DNA from: Candidatus Tectimicrobiota bacterium | GTDB lineage: Bacteria > JACPUC01 | Assembly (NCBI GenBank): GCA_016192455.1 | Contig: JACPUC010000023.1 | Location: forward strand, 1-37,634 | Reading direction: 5' to 3' | DNA length: 37,634 nucleotides | Shown here: in pieces, positions 36,539 to 37,634 of the stretch | How the letters are laid out: every line of letters starts with the position of its first letter | Position numbering within the stretch: the stretch's first letter is position 1 | Program-made: the position numbers and the translations under genes | Notes under the pieces: generated by a model | Told to the model about the DNA's origin: nothing | The model's database searches: none | What the model saw: only the letters and a program-made list of their open reading frames with translations

Positions 36539-37129
36539 TCATAATCTGGAATATATGGCTAGTACAAAAGGAGCACCATCGTATATGTTCTTGGTCTTGT
36601 CTATTGAACGATACTCAACATCAAACTTAAGTTTTGCGGCAGAAAGAAGTTTGGACATACTTTTAATACCTTTGTGATTTTCAAATGAATCTCTGACCAT
36701 TATACTAATGCCACTTTTAAGAGGGCTTAATGGGCTCCATTCTTCGGCGATTTTAACATTACATCCACCTTTAGCTATCGTTTCCCCAAGATTAACAGCA
36801 AATTTCATGGCTTCTGAATCGGTATGATTTACAACAATCATCACTATTGGCTGTATCGGACATGCCTCCTTTGCAGCTTTTATGATTTTTGTAGCCTGCC
36901 TATTCGTTAATCGTCTTGGGCCTTTAGCTTCTCGAACAGCCGCAGACCACCATGCTATCCCCACGGTGATCATAATGGCAGTTGACAAAATCAATCGAAC
37001 AGTAGGTTTAGCGGAGGCCATTTCCCTAGCCTCCAAACACCATCGAAGAAGAGCAAGAAAGAAGCCTAAGGCCACAACCCAGGTTAAACCGCGAAACCAA
37101 AATTCTATTGCTGGCATTTTTAACCCCAT
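36539..37129 (-). CDS. AT-rich hypothetical membrane protein
   Basis: 196 aa with two N-terminal hydrophobic helices and a soluble C-terminal domain; AT-rich compared with flanks. Confidence 0.6.
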   Translation of the reverse strand: MGLKMPAIEFWFRGLTWVVALGFFLALLRWCLEAREMASAKPTVRLILSTAIMITVGIAWWSAAVREAKGPRRLTNRQATKIIKAAKEACPIQPIVMIVVNHTDSEAMKFAVNLGETIAKGGCNVKIAEEWSPLSPLKSGISIMVRDSFENHKGIKSMSKLLSAAKLKFDVEYRSIDKTKNIYDGAPFVLAIYSRL

Positions 37130-37223
37130 TCGTTAATTTATAGTTAGAATATGACTCAACGTATAAGCATAGATCAAGGTGATAATCAGGTAAACTACTG
37201 TATAATCAAGATAGCAGATCCCC

Positions 37224-37469
37224 CTGACCGAAGTTGGCTCGTTCGATGCCAAGACCCACCTCCCCAACCTGTTGCGCCGCGTGGAACAAGGTGAGACCAT
37301 CACCATTACCCGGCGTGGCAAACCGATTGCCCGGCTCGTACCAGTGGAGCCCGACCGGCAAGCAGAGGTCCGCGAGGCGGTCCAGAGGCTTAAGGTCTTC
37401 CGCCGCGGCATGCCTGTGGTTCCCTTGCAGGAACTGCTGGAGGCGCGGCACGCAGGACACCCGTACTGA
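37224..37469 (+). CDS. Phd/YefM-family antitoxin (VapB role)
   Basis: (L)TEVGSFDAKTHLPNLLRRVEQGETITITRRGKPIARLVP. Homology begins at CTG 37224, with an in-frame TAG at 37212; stop overlaps the vapC ATG (TGATG). Confidence 0.82.
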   Translation: MTEVGSFDAKTHLPNLLRRVEQGETITITRRGKPIARLVPVEPDRQAEVREAVQRLKVFRRGMPVVPLQELLEARHAGHPY

Positions 37470-37634
37470 TGCTCGTCGTCGATTGCTCCGCGTTGCTGCC
37501 GCTCTGCTTCCCGGATGAAGCGAGCGAGCGGGCCGAGACCGTGCTCGATGCCCTCGCCTCGCAGGGCGCGTGGGTGCCGGCGCTCTGGTGGTTCGAGGTG
37601 TGGAACGTCCTCCTCGTCAGCGAGCGGCGCGGGC
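37469..37634 (+). CDS. vapC: VapC/PIN toxin, N-terminal part (truncated at window end)
   Basis: MLVVDCSALLPLCFPDEASERAETVLDALASQGAWVPALWWFEVWNVLLVSERRG; PIN acidic residues in 'VVD' and 'FEV.N'. Confidence 0.87.
   Translation, partial: MLVVDCSALLPLCFPDEASERAETVLDALASQGAWVPALWWFEVWNVLLVSERRG

Noticed and set aside
1..37634. Plasmid, prophage or ICE identity for the apparently closable sequence
   Set aside because: No rep, par, integrase, conjugation or phage genes recognised; content is mainly chromosomal housekeeping.

Overview
GC-rich bacterial chromosomal segment. The HU sequence and gene content loosely suggest a Tectomicrobia/Nitrospinota-like organism (inference only). Left to right it contains: the C-terminal half of a VapC/PIN toxin; a NitT/TauT-type ABC importer (Tat-exported binding protein, ATPase, permease) divergent from a hydantoinase/oxoprolinase A+B pair; an operon of nitrilase-fold glutaminase, nadE and rsmI; a dense 2.5-kb cluster of four co-oriented toxin-antitoxin modules (hicB-hicA twice, abrB-relE, phd-relE) in which two toxins are frameshifted and all antitoxins are intact; nth; a mosaic REP cluster; an EamA transporter; yebC-ruvC-ruvA-ruvB-queA; HU; a GT2-GT4 fusion and a SAM methyltransferase; and an ISC Fe-S operon (Rrf2-iscS-iscU-iscA-hscA-iscX-fdx). 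The ISC operon lacks hscB and carries a 4 x 172-bp tandem array that re-copies the iscX 3' end. After it come an AT-rich orphan with a PD-(D/E)xK/NERD-like motif, an FNR-like reductase, an LLM oxidoreductase, a small orphan, a second ABC permease, a second AT-rich orphan, a Phd antitoxin and the N-terminal half of a VapC. The two window ends look like complementary halves of one vapC gene, and joining them also reunites the split ABC operon. No rRNA, tRNA, CRISPR array, integrase or transposase was recognised.
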